DNA of 64,000 nt from Naegleria gruberi (Eukaryota): NCBI GenBank assembly GCA_000004985.1, contig GG738857.1; one strand, given 5' to 3'. The notes beneath the pieces were generated by a model that saw only the letters and a program-made list of their open reading frames with translations, ran no database searches and was not told where the DNA came from. Of the stretch, positions 51,371 through 62,749 are shown in pieces (the stretch's first letter is position 1; each line of letters begins with the position of its first letter). Both the position numbers and the translations under genes were made by a program.

Positions 51371-53956
51371 ATGACAAGAATAACACCCATGTTCGGCATT
51401 GACTCCTCTCACAATGCAGGAATCTCCTTCACCAACAACAAGTATAAAGCAAATAACATCACCCCCGCCTCTAAGGAGGACAACAACAGTAATCTATCTA
51501 GTAATGAAGGAGAAGAAGCAGTGAATTTACAAGAAGAGAGACGATACCTATGTGGATCTATCAAGTTTTTGTTAATATTTCTCATTTCATTACTTCTTCT
51601 CATTTCAGTGTTCTTTTTATCAATTATTTGGATTAGTTGCTTTAGTTCGGCAGTTGTGGATTTAAGCTCTCGCATGAGAGCTCAGGAATTTGATAAAATC
51701 ATACAATTTACCAAGAAAACAGTTAATGATGTGCTGTTAGTGACAGAATCTGTCAAATCTCAACTATATTATGATTTTGATTTTAGTAACATGATTGAAC
51801 ATCACTTACATCGAGCTATGAAAGTTGCTCAAGCTAATTTACCCAATGTAACACAAGGAGTCTATGTTGGTGATCCATTTGGTGGATATTTTGGTTTTGC
51901 ACATTTGAGTGGTGAAATAACCTATTTCAATTTAACACCAAATTGTAATCAAGTTTACTTTGTTTGTAAAAATTTTGATACGAGTGAAAATTGTGATAGA
52001 GGAACAGAACCAGAATTTGTATTTCCTCCGTACACATCGAATTATGTAGCAGAGATGGCTTCGACGAATCCTGGCAATCCAGTTTTCACACTTTCCTATG
52101 TGGATCCATCACTTCCTTCTTTTGTATTCATGACAATGGTTTCGTCCATCAAGACTGGACAGCAGCCAATCAAGCCAGGAGCTTCATTTTCCTATTATTT
52201 TGCCTACGATATGACTGTCATGTCAGTTTCCACATTTTTGGTGGACATTACAACTTCAATACATGGGAGTTCTTCTTTTATTATTGAAACACAGTCGGAA
52301 TTTGTGATTGCAAGTGATCATCCTGAAGTGAGTGTGGCCATAGTGGATAAGGATGGAAATGTTGAAAGAAAAACAACTGCCACTTTTGGAGGACAAGTTA
52401 CCAAAATTGGAAAAATAGTTTATGATACTTTTGAAAAATTAACTTCAATTCCTTGCAATGAAGAACGAGTTTTATCATTGACAGAATCAGTAGTATCAAT
52501 TAAGAGATTTTGTTCAAAGGAAGGAATTGATTGGATTATCATATTAAGCGTTCCTCAATGGAATTATTTAGGATCGATGATTATTGCTATTGTTTCGGCA
52601 GTTGTTGGTTCCATACTCATAGTTTCTGTCGGTATTGTTGTGGCCATTATATTTTCACTCAAAATTGTGAGACCATTTGTTAATTTAATTAGTGCTTTCG
52701 AATGGGTTTCTCTAATGAAATTGGAAAATATCAATTTGTACAAGTCGTCATTTTCTGAAGTGAAAAGTTTACAGTTTCATTTCAAGGAAATGATTGAAAG
52801 GATTAAGTTGTACAGAAAATTTATTCCTCCTCATCTATTAGTTCAATTGGATGCTAATAATGTAAATCAACAAGAGGAAACATTTAAGAAAACTTCAAAT
52901 ACAGCTGAAACAAGTTTGAATGTAACTTCATCTTCGAAAAACAACAAATCCTACTCACAAAAAGAATCTAACCACGATGATCCTCAATCATCTGGTGATT
53001 TGAGGAGTAAGAATTCGAGTGGAGCAAATTCTGGACCAAATGCCAACATGTTTAGTTTATATTTGGATAAGAGACAAGTCACCTTATTGAATATTTATTT
53101 GGAAGGATTAAATGAGTGGTTTGTTGTGATAAATCCAACTGAAATAGTCACTATATTGAGTGAAATATATGATGTAATTGTCAAGCTGGTGAGATTGACA
53201 GGTCAAGTTGGGCAAATTGAAGACGAAACCATTCCAATACATTTAAACGCAACAAGTGATCAATCTCAACATGAATTGAAAGGTATTCAATTGTGTCACT
53301 CACTACTCTCCAAGCTTAATGCTTATAAGGAATCAAAATTGATGAATCATGCAATTGTTTCAAAATACGATGAGGAAGTTTTCGAAAATTTCAAGTTTCG
53401 TATTGTTGCCAATAGCCAGAGTGCATATTGTGGAAATTTGGGAACCAAACAAGCCATGTCCTTCTCCATAATTGGTAGTTCACAACACAACCTCAAAATC
53501 ATGACCATCCTCGCCAAAGAGCTTGATATTCCAATTTTAATCACCGAAGATTTATATGAAAAGGTGGAAAACAAATTCCAAGTAAGATATGTGGATACTG
53601 TCCAATTGGTCAATGATCAGCATTTCTCTAATCCATATTTCACTACCCACACTCGATCTAGACTCTACGATTCAATGAAAGTATTCGAATTGGGTGAAAT
53701 TAACACAGTTTCCCAAGATGAATGGATGTATGAATTAGATGCAAAGGAAAAGAAGAAGAATAGATGGAAAAAGTATAACGATGCTTGTTTCTTTTTCTTT
53801 GCCAGTAGATATGCAGAGGCCAGCAACATGTTGGAGGAATATTTGGATGAACTGATATCACCAACTGGAAAGCAAGATATTGTTGCTTTGAAATTACTTG
53901 ATAAGTGTAAGGATAGAGCTGCAGATTGTGTGGAAAGTTTTGAAAATTTCAAATGA
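51371..53956 (+). CDS. Tandem paralog of 48113..50583: a 2-TM receptor-type protein with a degenerate cyclase homology domain (861 aa, single exon)
   Basis: Colinear blocks are shared with the upstream gene: MT(K/R)..P N-terminus, TM1 IKFLLIFLISLLLLISVFFLSIIWISCF, PVFTLSYVDPSLPSFVFMT, and DWIIILSVPQWNYLGSMIIAIV...KIVRPFVNLISAFEWV. The cyclase-like block is VTLLNIYLEGLNEW...FRIVANSQSAYCGNLGTKQAMSFSIIGSSQHNLKIM. The C-terminal DEWMYEL...WKKYN motif is also shared. Confidence 0.8.
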   Translation: MTRITPMFGIDSSHNAGISFTNNKYKANNITPASKEDNNSNLSSNEGEEAVNLQEERRYLCGSIKFLLIFLISLLLLISVFFLSIIWISCFSSAVVDLSSRMRAQEFDKIIQFTKKTVNDVLLVTESVKSQLYYDFDFSNMIEHHLHRAMKVAQANLPNVTQGVYVGDPFGGYFGFAHLSGEITYFNLTPNCNQVYFVCKNFDTSENCDRGTEPEFVFPPYTSNYVAEMASTNPGNPVFTLSYVDPSLPSFVFMTMVSSIKTGQQPIKPGASFSYYFAYDMTVMSVSTFLVDITTSIHGSSSFIIETQSEFVIASDHPEVSVAIVDKDGNVERKTTATFGGQVTKIGKIVYDTFEKLTSIPCNEERVLSLTESVVSIKRFCSKEGIDWIIILSVPQWNYLGSMIIAIVSAVVGSILIVSVGIVVAIIFSLKIVRPFVNLISAFEWVSLMKLENINLYKSSFSEVKSLQFHFKEMIERIKLYRKFIPPHLLVQLDANNVNQQEETFKKTSNTAETSLNVTSSSKNNKSYSQKESNHDDPQSSGDLRSKNSSGANSGPNANMFSLYLDKRQVTLLNIYLEGLNEWFVVINPTEIVTILSEIYDVIVKLVRLTGQVGQIEDETIPIHLNATSDQSQHELKGIQLCHSLLSKLNAYKESKLMNHAIVSKYDEEVFENFKFRIVANSQSAYCGNLGTKQAMSFSIIGSSQHNLKIMTILAKELDIPILITEDLYEKVENKFQVRYVDTVQLVNDQHFSNPYFTTHTRSRLYDSMKVFELGEINTVSQDEWMYELDAKEKKKNRWKKYNDACFFFFASRYAEASNMLEEYLDELISPTGKQDIVALKLLDKCKDRAADCVESFENFK

Positions 53957-54062
53957 ATATAGGTTAATACTGATCATGATAAAAACAATTTGTACATTTA
54001 ATAACATAATAAACATTATGAATTGTTGTTTTATTGTTGTTTGATTTGTAATTATTCTATGA

Positions 54063-54625
54063 ATCAACTCTGGTAGCATGAAATATCGGAACTTGGTAAA
54101 TTGACAACATGACGAAAATCTGATAATAAATATGATGTTTATTATCTATTTAAATAGTAGTACTAAAAGACATGATTCAAGTTGGTGAAGTACATGTTGA
54201 GTTATGGTCCATGTACTTTTTCAAAATTCACATGTACCTATCCCTATCATAACTTGACCAAAATTGTAAGAGAAAGTTCTCTTACCTACTATTGACCATT
54301 CCGAACAATACTACATTGACAGTTTTCCAACTTGTCCAGTAGATCCAGCAGTGATGATGAATTTAGTGAAAATTTTGACATTTCACCAAAATTACATTAC
54401 TAAAAATTAATTTCCACAAATACTATTATTATATTGATGGAAAACAATAATGATGTTGGTGAATGATCCGATGATGGAACATAATCCACCAATAAAAATT
54501 ACTATTATTAATACTATATAGATCATGTTGAGATGATGATGTGAAAGTTTGGTGGTTTTATGATGTAAAACCACTCCAAAAATCATCATGTCCTCCTTGA
54601 GTAGAAGAATGTTGAATATTTTTTT
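54063..54625 (+). repeat. Dispersed repeat, copy A (about 560 bp). Same family as 57650..58290
   Basis: About 75-85 percent identity by eye over long stretches (for example tgataataaatat..tgtttattat.tatttaaatagtagt..aagacat...caagttggtgaagtacatgttgag.tatggtccatgtac). Contains no credible ORF. Confidence 0.7.
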
Positions 54626-54879
54626 TATGATGGGTTCAAAAATATTGGCAACAAACAGTCCATCGACTCGGTTGATTCTTGGAGTAGTTTCACCACAGCA
54701 TCTCTATATCACTGCTCTGGCAGAAATGGAAGAAGATTTGAATACAGACTCATCACAAGGGATAGGAAGGATTATATTAATATTAAATTGAAATTCAGAT
54801 TATTGGAATATTTTTGTACCGTGCATAGATGAATCAAGTATTTGTAAATTGATGAATATTGTTTTCTCTCCCTATCTGA

Positions 54880-55140
54880 ATCTATCATCATTTAAATAAT
54901 AGTAATTGTTGAAATTTAATCCTTCATCATGATTTGGAAATAATTTTATTATATCATCATCGTAACAACTACCAACCATCATTGTTATTTATCATCATTA
55001 TAATAGTAATATTTGTGGAAATAAATCTGATAGTAATATTTTAATTCAAATATTTTCACTAAAATCATCATCACTGCCAGATTTATATGATAATTTGGAA
55101 AACTTTCAATCTAGTATTGTTCTGCATCAACTACCTGTTT
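54880..55140 (-). repeat. Inverted partial copy of the same dispersed repeat family. A further fragment lies at about 55290..55370
   Basis: The reverse complement matches copy B at 58000..58170 (ccaaccatcattgttatttatcatcattataatagtaatatttgtggaaataaatctgat). Confidence 0.6.
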
Positions 55141-55594
55141 ATTGCAAAAAGTGAAGTAACTTTGCCAAAATCAAGATATAGATGCTATTTTGTAGTTTGG
55201 GCAAAATACTTCTCAATACGGATCACGGAATGTCAAGAGCTCATTCTTACAACACGATAATTCATTATAACTGCATGTTTGTTATTAAGATCCTTCCACC
55301 ACCACGATTATTAATATTACAACTGTGATGGTAATTGTTCCGATGATGCTTTACCAACATGAATTTTTCCTAAGAGAGGTGCAAGAAAGGCCTCTCAACA
55401 AGCGCATTTTACGTTCCCAGAGACAAAGCCAACGGAACCCTAGTGAGTAACATGATGATTCATTACTGGATGTGTGCTATTAAGCTATCACTGTAAATCG
55501 ATTATTACCACCACGATTATTTCTATGAAGCTTCAAAATCCTATTTTTTGCTTCCACTAGTGTTTGTTTCGCTTGCCAACCAAAACCTTAAAAA

Positions 55595-57063
55595 ATGTTA
55601 ACACGTTATTGCAACACCAGTAGCTATTCAACATGGTTAGTATTAGGGATGCTTGTTGCCTTTCTAATCGTCTTGCAACATTGTTCATCCAATGTTGATG
55701 GAGCAGCAACTTCAAATGGTACACTAAGGGAATGGCTCACCTCTTTGCAAAATGAAGCAGCTTCATTAGAACGCTCAGCTTTACAATTGGAAATGGCGAT
55801 TGCTTTGTTGACTAAGGCAAATTCAACAAGTACATCCCTTAGAGCTTCTCAACTTGCAAAGATTAGAAAGTCTATTGCCTTACTTGCAAGTGAAATTCAA
55901 ATCATCAACGAAACATGCTCTACATACACTGGTCAAAACTGTGATAATGCCGTCTGTAATTCAAAGTGTTTGAGCTGTTTTTCTAATAATAATTGTATCC
56001 AGTGTACTGGAAATTGGGATGGAAAAGAATGCTCAATTTGTAAAACTGGATGGGGTGGCTCTGATTGCAACACTCCAGTATGTGATTCTAAATGTAGTAT
56101 GTGCTCATCGCCAGGAGTTTGTTCTGCTTGCTATGGTAACTGGAATGGTGTTACTTGTTCAACATGTAATTTAGGATGGACTGGTGTTGATTGTAATACA
56201 CCAATTTGTGAAGTCAAGTGTAAGAACTGCTCTGCACCAGGTCAATGTTTAACATGTTCAGGTAATGGAATGGAAATGATTGTTCAACTTGCAAATCAGG
56301 ATGGACTGGTATTGATTGTAACACACCTATTTGCGATTCAAAATGTGTGAATTGTACTTTACCTGGTCAATGTAGTACATGTATTGGTAATTGGAATGGA
56401 ACATCTTGTTCAACATGCAGAATTGGCTGGAATGGAACTAATTGTACCACACCAGTATGTGATTCTAAATGTGCTAATTGTACATCACCAGGAGTTTGTT
56501 CTGTTTGCTCTGGAAACTGGAATGGAACAACTTGCTCTACTTGTAAGACTGGTTGGACAGGTTCTGATTGTAATACACCAATTTGTGACGCCAAATGTAC
56601 AACATGTGCCTCACCAGGTGTTTGTTTTGTATGTTCAGGAAACTGGAATGGAGCTACTTGTTCAACATGTAAAACTGGTTGGTCAGGTACCAGTTGTGCA
56701 ACACCAATTTGTGATGCCAAATGTACAACTTGTGCCTCACCAGGTGTTTGTTCTGTATGTTCTGGTAATTATGATGGTGCAACATGTTCCACTTGTAAAT
56801 CAGGATGGGGTGGCTCAACATGTTCAGTCTCGACAACATATACCATTTATGCTGGTGCTGACAATTCGTACACTCTCTACCATAATGGTGTTGCTATTCT
56901 GTCAGGAAGCACTTGGAGTTCTCCTCAAACAACTACAAGAGTATTGAATAGTGGTGATATTTTGATATCTAAAGGTTATGATTCTGATGGAATGGGAGGA
57001 CTCGTGGTTGAAGTTTACAACTCAAACAATGATTATTCAACTGGTAGAGTTACATGGTATTGA
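55595..57063 (+). pseudogene. Secreted tenascin-type EGF-repeat protein (about 12 near-identical 31-aa repeats) with a C-terminal non-repeat domain. A 1-bp frameshift lies at about 56268. Otherwise a continuous CDS
   Basis: Signal peptide LVLGMLVAFLIVLQHC. Repeats follow the pattern NTPxCDxKCxxCxSPGVCSxCxGNWNGxTCSTCKTGWTGSDC. At 56262-56275 the sequence ggtaatggaatgg replaces the ggtaattggaatgg found in every other repeat, which splits the ORF into 55595..56350 and 56347..57063. TGA at 57061-57063 lies directly before a 49-N gap. Confidence 0.65.
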
Positions 57064-57065
57064 CN

Positions 57066-57114
57066 NNNNNNNNNNNNNNNNNNNNNNNNNNNNNNNNNNN
57101 NNNNNNNNNNNNNN
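57066..57114. other. Assembly gap (49 N)
   Basis: n-run. Confidence 1.
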
Positions 57115-57224
57115 TCAGAGAGGTTGGTGACGGCTTGGGATGATATTCAGATGAGGAATAAACTGATTGGCAACAAACTTGGAACGCTATAAACTTTGTG
57201 GAATGGATAATCCTTTGTTAACGT

Positions 57225-58616
57225 GTCATTTTCTCTCTGGTTTGGGATCCGCACATGAGCAGATCTTATCACTTATCATTGTGATATATAAATAGTCTAT
57301 GTGGCTCTTCCAAATAATCATAGCATGAATCCCTCCTCATTTCATTTAAAGAGGAATTATAATTATTTGGTGAATTACCTCTGGATATTTCTCAAAATTT
57401 CAAAATCTCGAATACACCATAAAACAGCAAACAATGAATAGAGTATCGACTATGTATTGCGTACATCCTGCCAAAACACTTTTCACCATAGGAGACAATG
57501 TAGGTGATATGAAATTTAAATAAAAACAGAAAAATCAAAATCTTCATGGTTTCAACGAAACAAGACGAAATAATTGATATGGTACATCTACAATAGTACT
57601 AATAAAAGTTTATTAATGTTTCAAGATGATTGGCTGTGTACTTTTGGCATGAATCATGATTGGTGACCATGAATAACCCGAAGTTGACAAAAAATACAAA
57701 ATGATGAAAAACTGATAATAAATATATTGTTTATTATGTATTTGAATAGTAGTGATGAAAGACATTTTCCAAGTTGGTGAAGTACATGTTGAGATATGGT
57801 CCATGTACATGTTGAAAATATACATGAACCTATCATCATGATAACCAATAGGAAAATGTTCGGAAGTGATTTTACCTGATGGAATCGACCATGCTGAACA
57901 ATACTAGATTGAAAGTTTTCCAAATTATCATGTGAATCTGGCAGTGATGATGATTTTAGTGAAAATATTAAATTTCACTAAAATAATACTATTATCAGAT
58001 TTATTTCCACAAATATTACTATTATAATGATGATAAATAACAATGATGATGGTTGGTAGTTGTTCCGATGATGATGTACCAACTTGAATTTTTCCAAATA
58101 ATAAAATTATTTCCAAATCATGATGAAGGATTGAATTCCAAAAATTACTATTAATAATATTATTTAAATGATGATGAGATGATGTGGTGAAATTCTTGGA
58201 GTTAATAGATGTGAAACTACTCCAAGAATCAACACAGGCATGATATACCTGATGTTGATATAATATTTTTAAGAAATATTTCAAAGTCCTTTCATTTTTC
58301 AAAAAAGGCAAGTGGTGAAAATTGGAATGGACCTTCACTGCCAAGAATTAAAATTGGAATGGCTACTGTGTGATTAATATTGGCGCATAACATGTGTTAA
58401 AAACACGAAGGTGTAATATTCTATATTTATTGAGATAATCAATAAAGTTTAGAATTTGTCAGAAAAACTTGCCCTGTCGCCAAGAATTCATATTTCCATA
58501 TTTGGGATCTGGACTTTTATAGTCTGGAAACATGCTAGATGTGTTCTATATTCAATAATCTATATGAAAATCAGAAGAAATAAAATTAACTCTTCAATTG
58601 AGCTTATTGATATTAC
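57225..58616 (+). repeat. Composite repeat X-Y-Z, copy 1. X is 57225..57303, Y is 58392..58470, Z is 58512..58616. X and Y are separated here by the insertion above
   Basis: X is tctctctggtttgggatccgcacatgagcagatcttat.... Y is catgtgttaaaaacacgaaggtgtaatattctata...ataatcaataaagtttagaatttgtcagaaaaacttg. Z is gacttttatagtctggaaacatgctagatgtgttctatattcaataatctat.... All three recur at 59545..60330. Confidence 0.7.
57304..58391 (+). mobile_element. Candidate about 1.09-kb insertion of a non-coding dispersed element (includes repeat copy B at 57650..58290) into another repeat. It is flanked by the 5-bp direct repeat ATGTG
   Basis: The host repeat is contiguous in its second copy (59545..59700: ...aatagtctgatctacATGTGGtaaaaacacgaagg). 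Here it is interrupted: aatagtctATGTGG|ctcttcc...1088 bp...gcgcataac|ATGTGTtaaaaacacgaagg. No terminal inverted repeats or ORF were seen. Confidence 0.45.
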
Positions 58617-59544
58617 TATATGTTTTCCCCGTATTTTTACAATGCTCCTTACAAAAAAGGAAATATTAAATTTAATACTTAGTGAAATAAAAATATTATT
58701 TATTATTCTTGTTCTAATTGATGTTTTCTACAAGATTCTGTTTTACTGAATATCAGTTATTTGTATTAACCAAGAAAACATGCTCGTCTTACTACCACAT
58801 ATGAAAATTTTGAAATCACTTTTCTCGATAACTAAAGAGCCAAATCCGTAACAAACTTGATATTATGATTGTTAACATAATTAATAATGACCATACGGTA
58901 TGTTTCTATAACATCCAGTGTTGTTATTGAGATATGCTTTGTTGAAGTTGAGTGAATTTGCTTAAGTAATAAATCGGTGTTATTGGCGCATCCAATTACC
59001 CCTACAGGTAAATCAGCTTTGGGAGCATTCCATGTTTTTTGGGAGCATCACAAAAATGCGCCGAGAACCTGACCACAGATATACTTAGTAGTACCGTTTG
59101 GTGGTTTAGTGTGTTTCTCGATCTAAATTCGAGTTTGAATATAATTTTTGTATATTTTCACAATTTATTTTGTTGCTATATGAGAATTGATTTTTTGTAT
59201 TTTATTTTTTTGATAAATTATTTGGTGAATATATATATATATATATATGTGAACAAAAATTATATTTATCTATGTTAGAAAAATCATTTCCCTTTTATTC
59301 TTCATCATGCTCCTCCTCATGTTTTTTACACATCCTGTCTTTATCAAATCCCATTCTCACTACATCCTTTTCATCATAATTCCTCGCAAATTCATTTATC
59401 TGTTCAGATAACATTTATTTACCCCTTAAAAGTGATTTTCCATTCTTCATTTTACATGAGTTTTTCGGTGATTTCTTGGTAAGAACTCTTTATTAGTAGA
59501 CTTTTTGTATTTCATTTTTTTCTGTGGGTTTGGTACCTGTCATT

Positions 59545-60330
59545 ATCTCTCTGGTTTGGGATCCGCACATGCTCAGATCTTATAGTTTATCAATGTGATG
59601 TATAATAGTCTGATCTACATGTGGTAAAAACACGAAGGTGTAATATTCTATATATATTGAGATAATCAATAAAGTTTAGTATTTGTCAGAAAAACTTGGG
59701 TTTGGTTAGGATTCAGAGTTGATTTATTTGGGTTATTTAAGAGATTACTTAGTGAAGATTCATATCATTGATTATATTTCTTATCATCTATTAATGATGT
59801 AAATTTGATGGTTTCATTTATTATATTGATAGATATTTAAAGGTCAGGTCAGAACTAACTTTTGAAATATGGACTTTGAGAATTCAAATGTTTGGGACGT
59901 GAATCTACTCATTAGATTGAATAGGTATTGCTAATAAAGGAACATTTCATTGATTTATTGATCATAACGGTCAAATTGAGTTGAATGGAAGTGAATCACA
60001 TGTTGATTAATCGTGGATGGGTAGTTTCGCCACGTAGTGGTGCAACTACCAACCTTTGTAGATTGAATCAGGTTGATTTGAATGCAATAGATTCTTCTCC
60101 AATTCAATGATCAATATTCATTATTCGGTTTGATTTCAATAGCTTGCTCAACAAGCTTTGAATTAATATTCCAGTAATTAACGGCAGTCTATTTTTAAAT
60201 TTAATCAAAGACCATATATAGCATCTTGACTTTTAAAATCTGGAAACTATCTAGTGTGTTCTATATTGAATAATCTATTTGAAAATGAGAAGAATTAACT
60301 CTTCTATTGAGTTTTATTGGTATTGCAAGG
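59545..60330 (+). repeat. Composite repeat X-Y-Z, copy 2. X and Y are contiguous at 59545..59700. Z lies at 60222..60330 after about 520 bp of unrelated sequence
   Basis: See copy 1. X and Y adjacent here define the empty site for the insertion at 57304..58391. Confidence 0.7.
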
Positions 60331-60929
60331 TATTACGATTATAATAATCTACACAGAAATCACTCTTGAAATATAAACTGTACTAAAATGTATGAGAAAC
60401 ATAATGGTGGTAGAATTAATCAATAAATCGTTGAAATGACTGAGATGGAATGTAAACTATGGTCTATTTGTCATGTAATGGTGACTAGACAGTGTCAATT
60501 TCATCAAATTATTTCAAACTGATTACATTCAATAAAAAACCGTTCTATACATCAAACATGTCATATAGAATGAGTTTCAATATTTAATATTATGAACTGA
60601 CTCTGTTGGATACCATCTCTATAAATATAACAAGATGAAAAGTGTCAACATTCAATTTCACATGCATGTTACAATGGAGAGTCATCACTATATCATCTAG
60701 ATAGGTAATATTTCAAGTTCCAGCGGAATTGACAGTCTAGATATTGAGATGTGCATACTAAGGTTATAGAAGTGTCACCTTCACTGATTACTGACATGAA
60801 TATAACAATTGATTTTATGATTATTGTATAATTAATTCATTATTCAATGATTTTGATATGATGGTAAAATTTAATTTTGAAATTAAGATTGTTCCCTATT
60901 GATTACCTTAGATGTTCCTTAGTTGACTT

Positions 60930-61160
60930 GAAGATACTGAGCCATCAATATGAAACTCTCACAGATTGTTCTCCTCATCAAGAGGAGTGTATTCATATTT
61001 GATACTTGTATGATATTTTGTAAAATGAATGAGATGGAGTATATTCTATATGTTGAAATGTGACAATTTGACAGATTGTTATTATTATCATACTGAATTC
61101 AACTCTAATAGACTTAAATTGATACCATATGTATAAAAGTGTGATTAAATGTATCTGGTA
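60930..61160 (+). repeat. Repeat W, copy 1. It recurs at 63640..63840 (spacing about 2.7 kb), which suggests a higher-order tandem unit
   Basis: Shared blocks are ctcacagattgttct.c.catcaagag...attcatat.tgata.ttgt...aatgaatgag.tggagt and aaattgataccatatgta.aa.agtgtgatta. Confidence 0.5.
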
Positions 61161-61284
61161 AAGTTACATGATGGTTGGTTATACTTTCATTGAGATAGAG
61201 TGTACACTTGGATATAAGCACTTTTGACATTGAACATTAACTGACTTACTAATTGTAAGTAATACGAATTGTTTCCAAACTATT

Positions 61285-61516
61285 NNNNNNNNNNNNNNNN
61301 NNNNNNNNNNNNNNNNNNNNNNNNNNNNNNNNNNNNNNNNNNNNNNNNNNNNNNNNNNNNNNNNNNNNNNNNNNNNNNNNNNNNNNNNNNNNNNNNNNNN
61401 NNNNNNNNNNNNNNNNNNNNNNNNNNNNNNNNNNNNNNNNNNNNNNNNNNNNNNNNNNNNNNNNNNNNNNNNNNNNNNNNNNNNNNNNNNNNNNNNNNNN
61501 NNNNNNNNNNNNNNNN
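61285..61516. other. Assembly gap (232 N)
   Basis: n-run. Confidence 1.
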
Positions 61517-62285
61517 GGAAGAAATCTTTAAATATGAATGTGAAAATAAACTTGATATTCTATCTCTACACATCGAATGGAGCATTTTCATGTATAATTT
61601 GTTGATTGAAGTGATATATTTGATAGACTTGGTCTTGACTTGTGTTTCCTTTCAGTCAACTTTGGAAAATAAACATTTACATTCCCATTGTACCATTTCT
61701 AATTCTTATGATATGAAATTGAATTCTATATCACTATAGATCATATAAATCATTTTGGTAAAGTTTCAATAGGTGGTCCTTTTTCAAGATTTCCGTCCTT
61801 ATCATACAAGTGGACCATGTGTGGTTGAGGGAAGAAATCTTTAAATATGAAAGTTAAAATAAATTTGATATTCGATGTTTACTCATCAAATGGAACATTT
61901 TCATGTCAGGATTCAATATGTTTTGATGAGAAACTCAAAAGTTATAGTTGACCTCTTTTACCTCACAACTTCCCTTTTCACTTGATACTTTTATATCTAC
62001 AGACTTGAAATTTTGAAATTTCATATGAGAGTGATTATAAATGTTGTTAATGATGATATAGACTATATAATCTCATTAAAGGATTTTGAAATTATTATCC
62101 TTCCTATGGTTTCATTTTACAAATTTTTAATCTTACATTATTTACAATGTTAATATTTTATAAATTGAAAAACTAAATATAATACATTATTCTACTCATC
62201 ATTTACAATCGAATGATATAATATTCAATAATTTGGGCTAGGGTTTGATCTTTGAAACATTGGGTCTGGACTTAAATATTTTTCA

Positions 62286-62699
62286 GGTTTTAGGTTTGGG
62301 TTTAGGTTTGGGTTTTTAGGTTTGGGTTTGGGTTTGGGTTTGGGTTTGGGTTTGGGTTGGGTTTGGGTTTGGGTTTGGGTTTGGGTTTGGGTTTGGGTTT
62401 GGGTTTGGGTTTGGGTTTGGGTTTGGGTTTGGGTTTGGGTTTGGGTTTGGGTTTGGGTTTGGGTTTGGGTTTGGGTTTGGGTTTGGGTTTGGGTTTGGGT
62501 TTGGGTTTGGGTTTGGGTTTGGGTTTGGGTTTGGGTTTGGGTTTGGGTTTGGGTTTGGGTTTGGGTTTGGGTTTGGGTTTGGGTTTGGGTTTGGGTTTGG
62601 GTTTGGGTTTGGGTTTGGGTTTGGGTTTGGGTTTGGGTTTGGGTTTGGGTTTGGGTTTGGGTTTGGGTTTGGGTTTGGGTTTGGGTTTGGGTTTGGGTT
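62286..62699 (+). repeat. Telomere-like hexamer microsatellite (TTTGGG)n. It is imperfect at its 5-prime end (ggttttaggtttgggtttaggtttgggttttt) and then perfect for more than 60 units. It runs directly into a 50-N gap
   Basis: Direct read of the sequence. A second short copy starts at 63262 (gggctagggtttgaaggttgggtttgg). All ORFs predicted inside it (poly-GL, poly-PK, poly-TQ and similar) are artefacts. Confidence 0.9.
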
Positions 62700-62749
62700 N
62701 NNNNNNNNNNNNNNNNNNNNNNNNNNNNNNNNNNNNNNNNNNNNNNNNN
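62700..62749. other. Assembly gap (50 N) placed inside the hexamer array
   Basis: n-run. The true array length is unknown. Confidence 1.

Noticed and set aside
56367-56947. Alternative-frame and antisense ORFs (117-187 aa) inside the EGF-repeat gene
   Set aside because: Products of the highly repetitive, codon-biased EGF repeats. The Cys-pattern frame is the real one.
54407-58344. ORFs inside the dispersed repeats (54407..54589 minus, 54588..54791 plus, 57928..58344 minus, 57613..57923 minus)
   Set aside because: They lie within non-coding repeat copies and give H/N/I-rich nonsense peptides. They are not conserved between copies in frame.
62286-62699. Interpreting (TTTGGG)n as a true chromosome terminus
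   Set aside because: The array is internal, is followed by 1.3 kb of further sequence including a second repeat unit, and is embedded in a tandem satellite. Interstitial telomere-like repeat is the supportable call.
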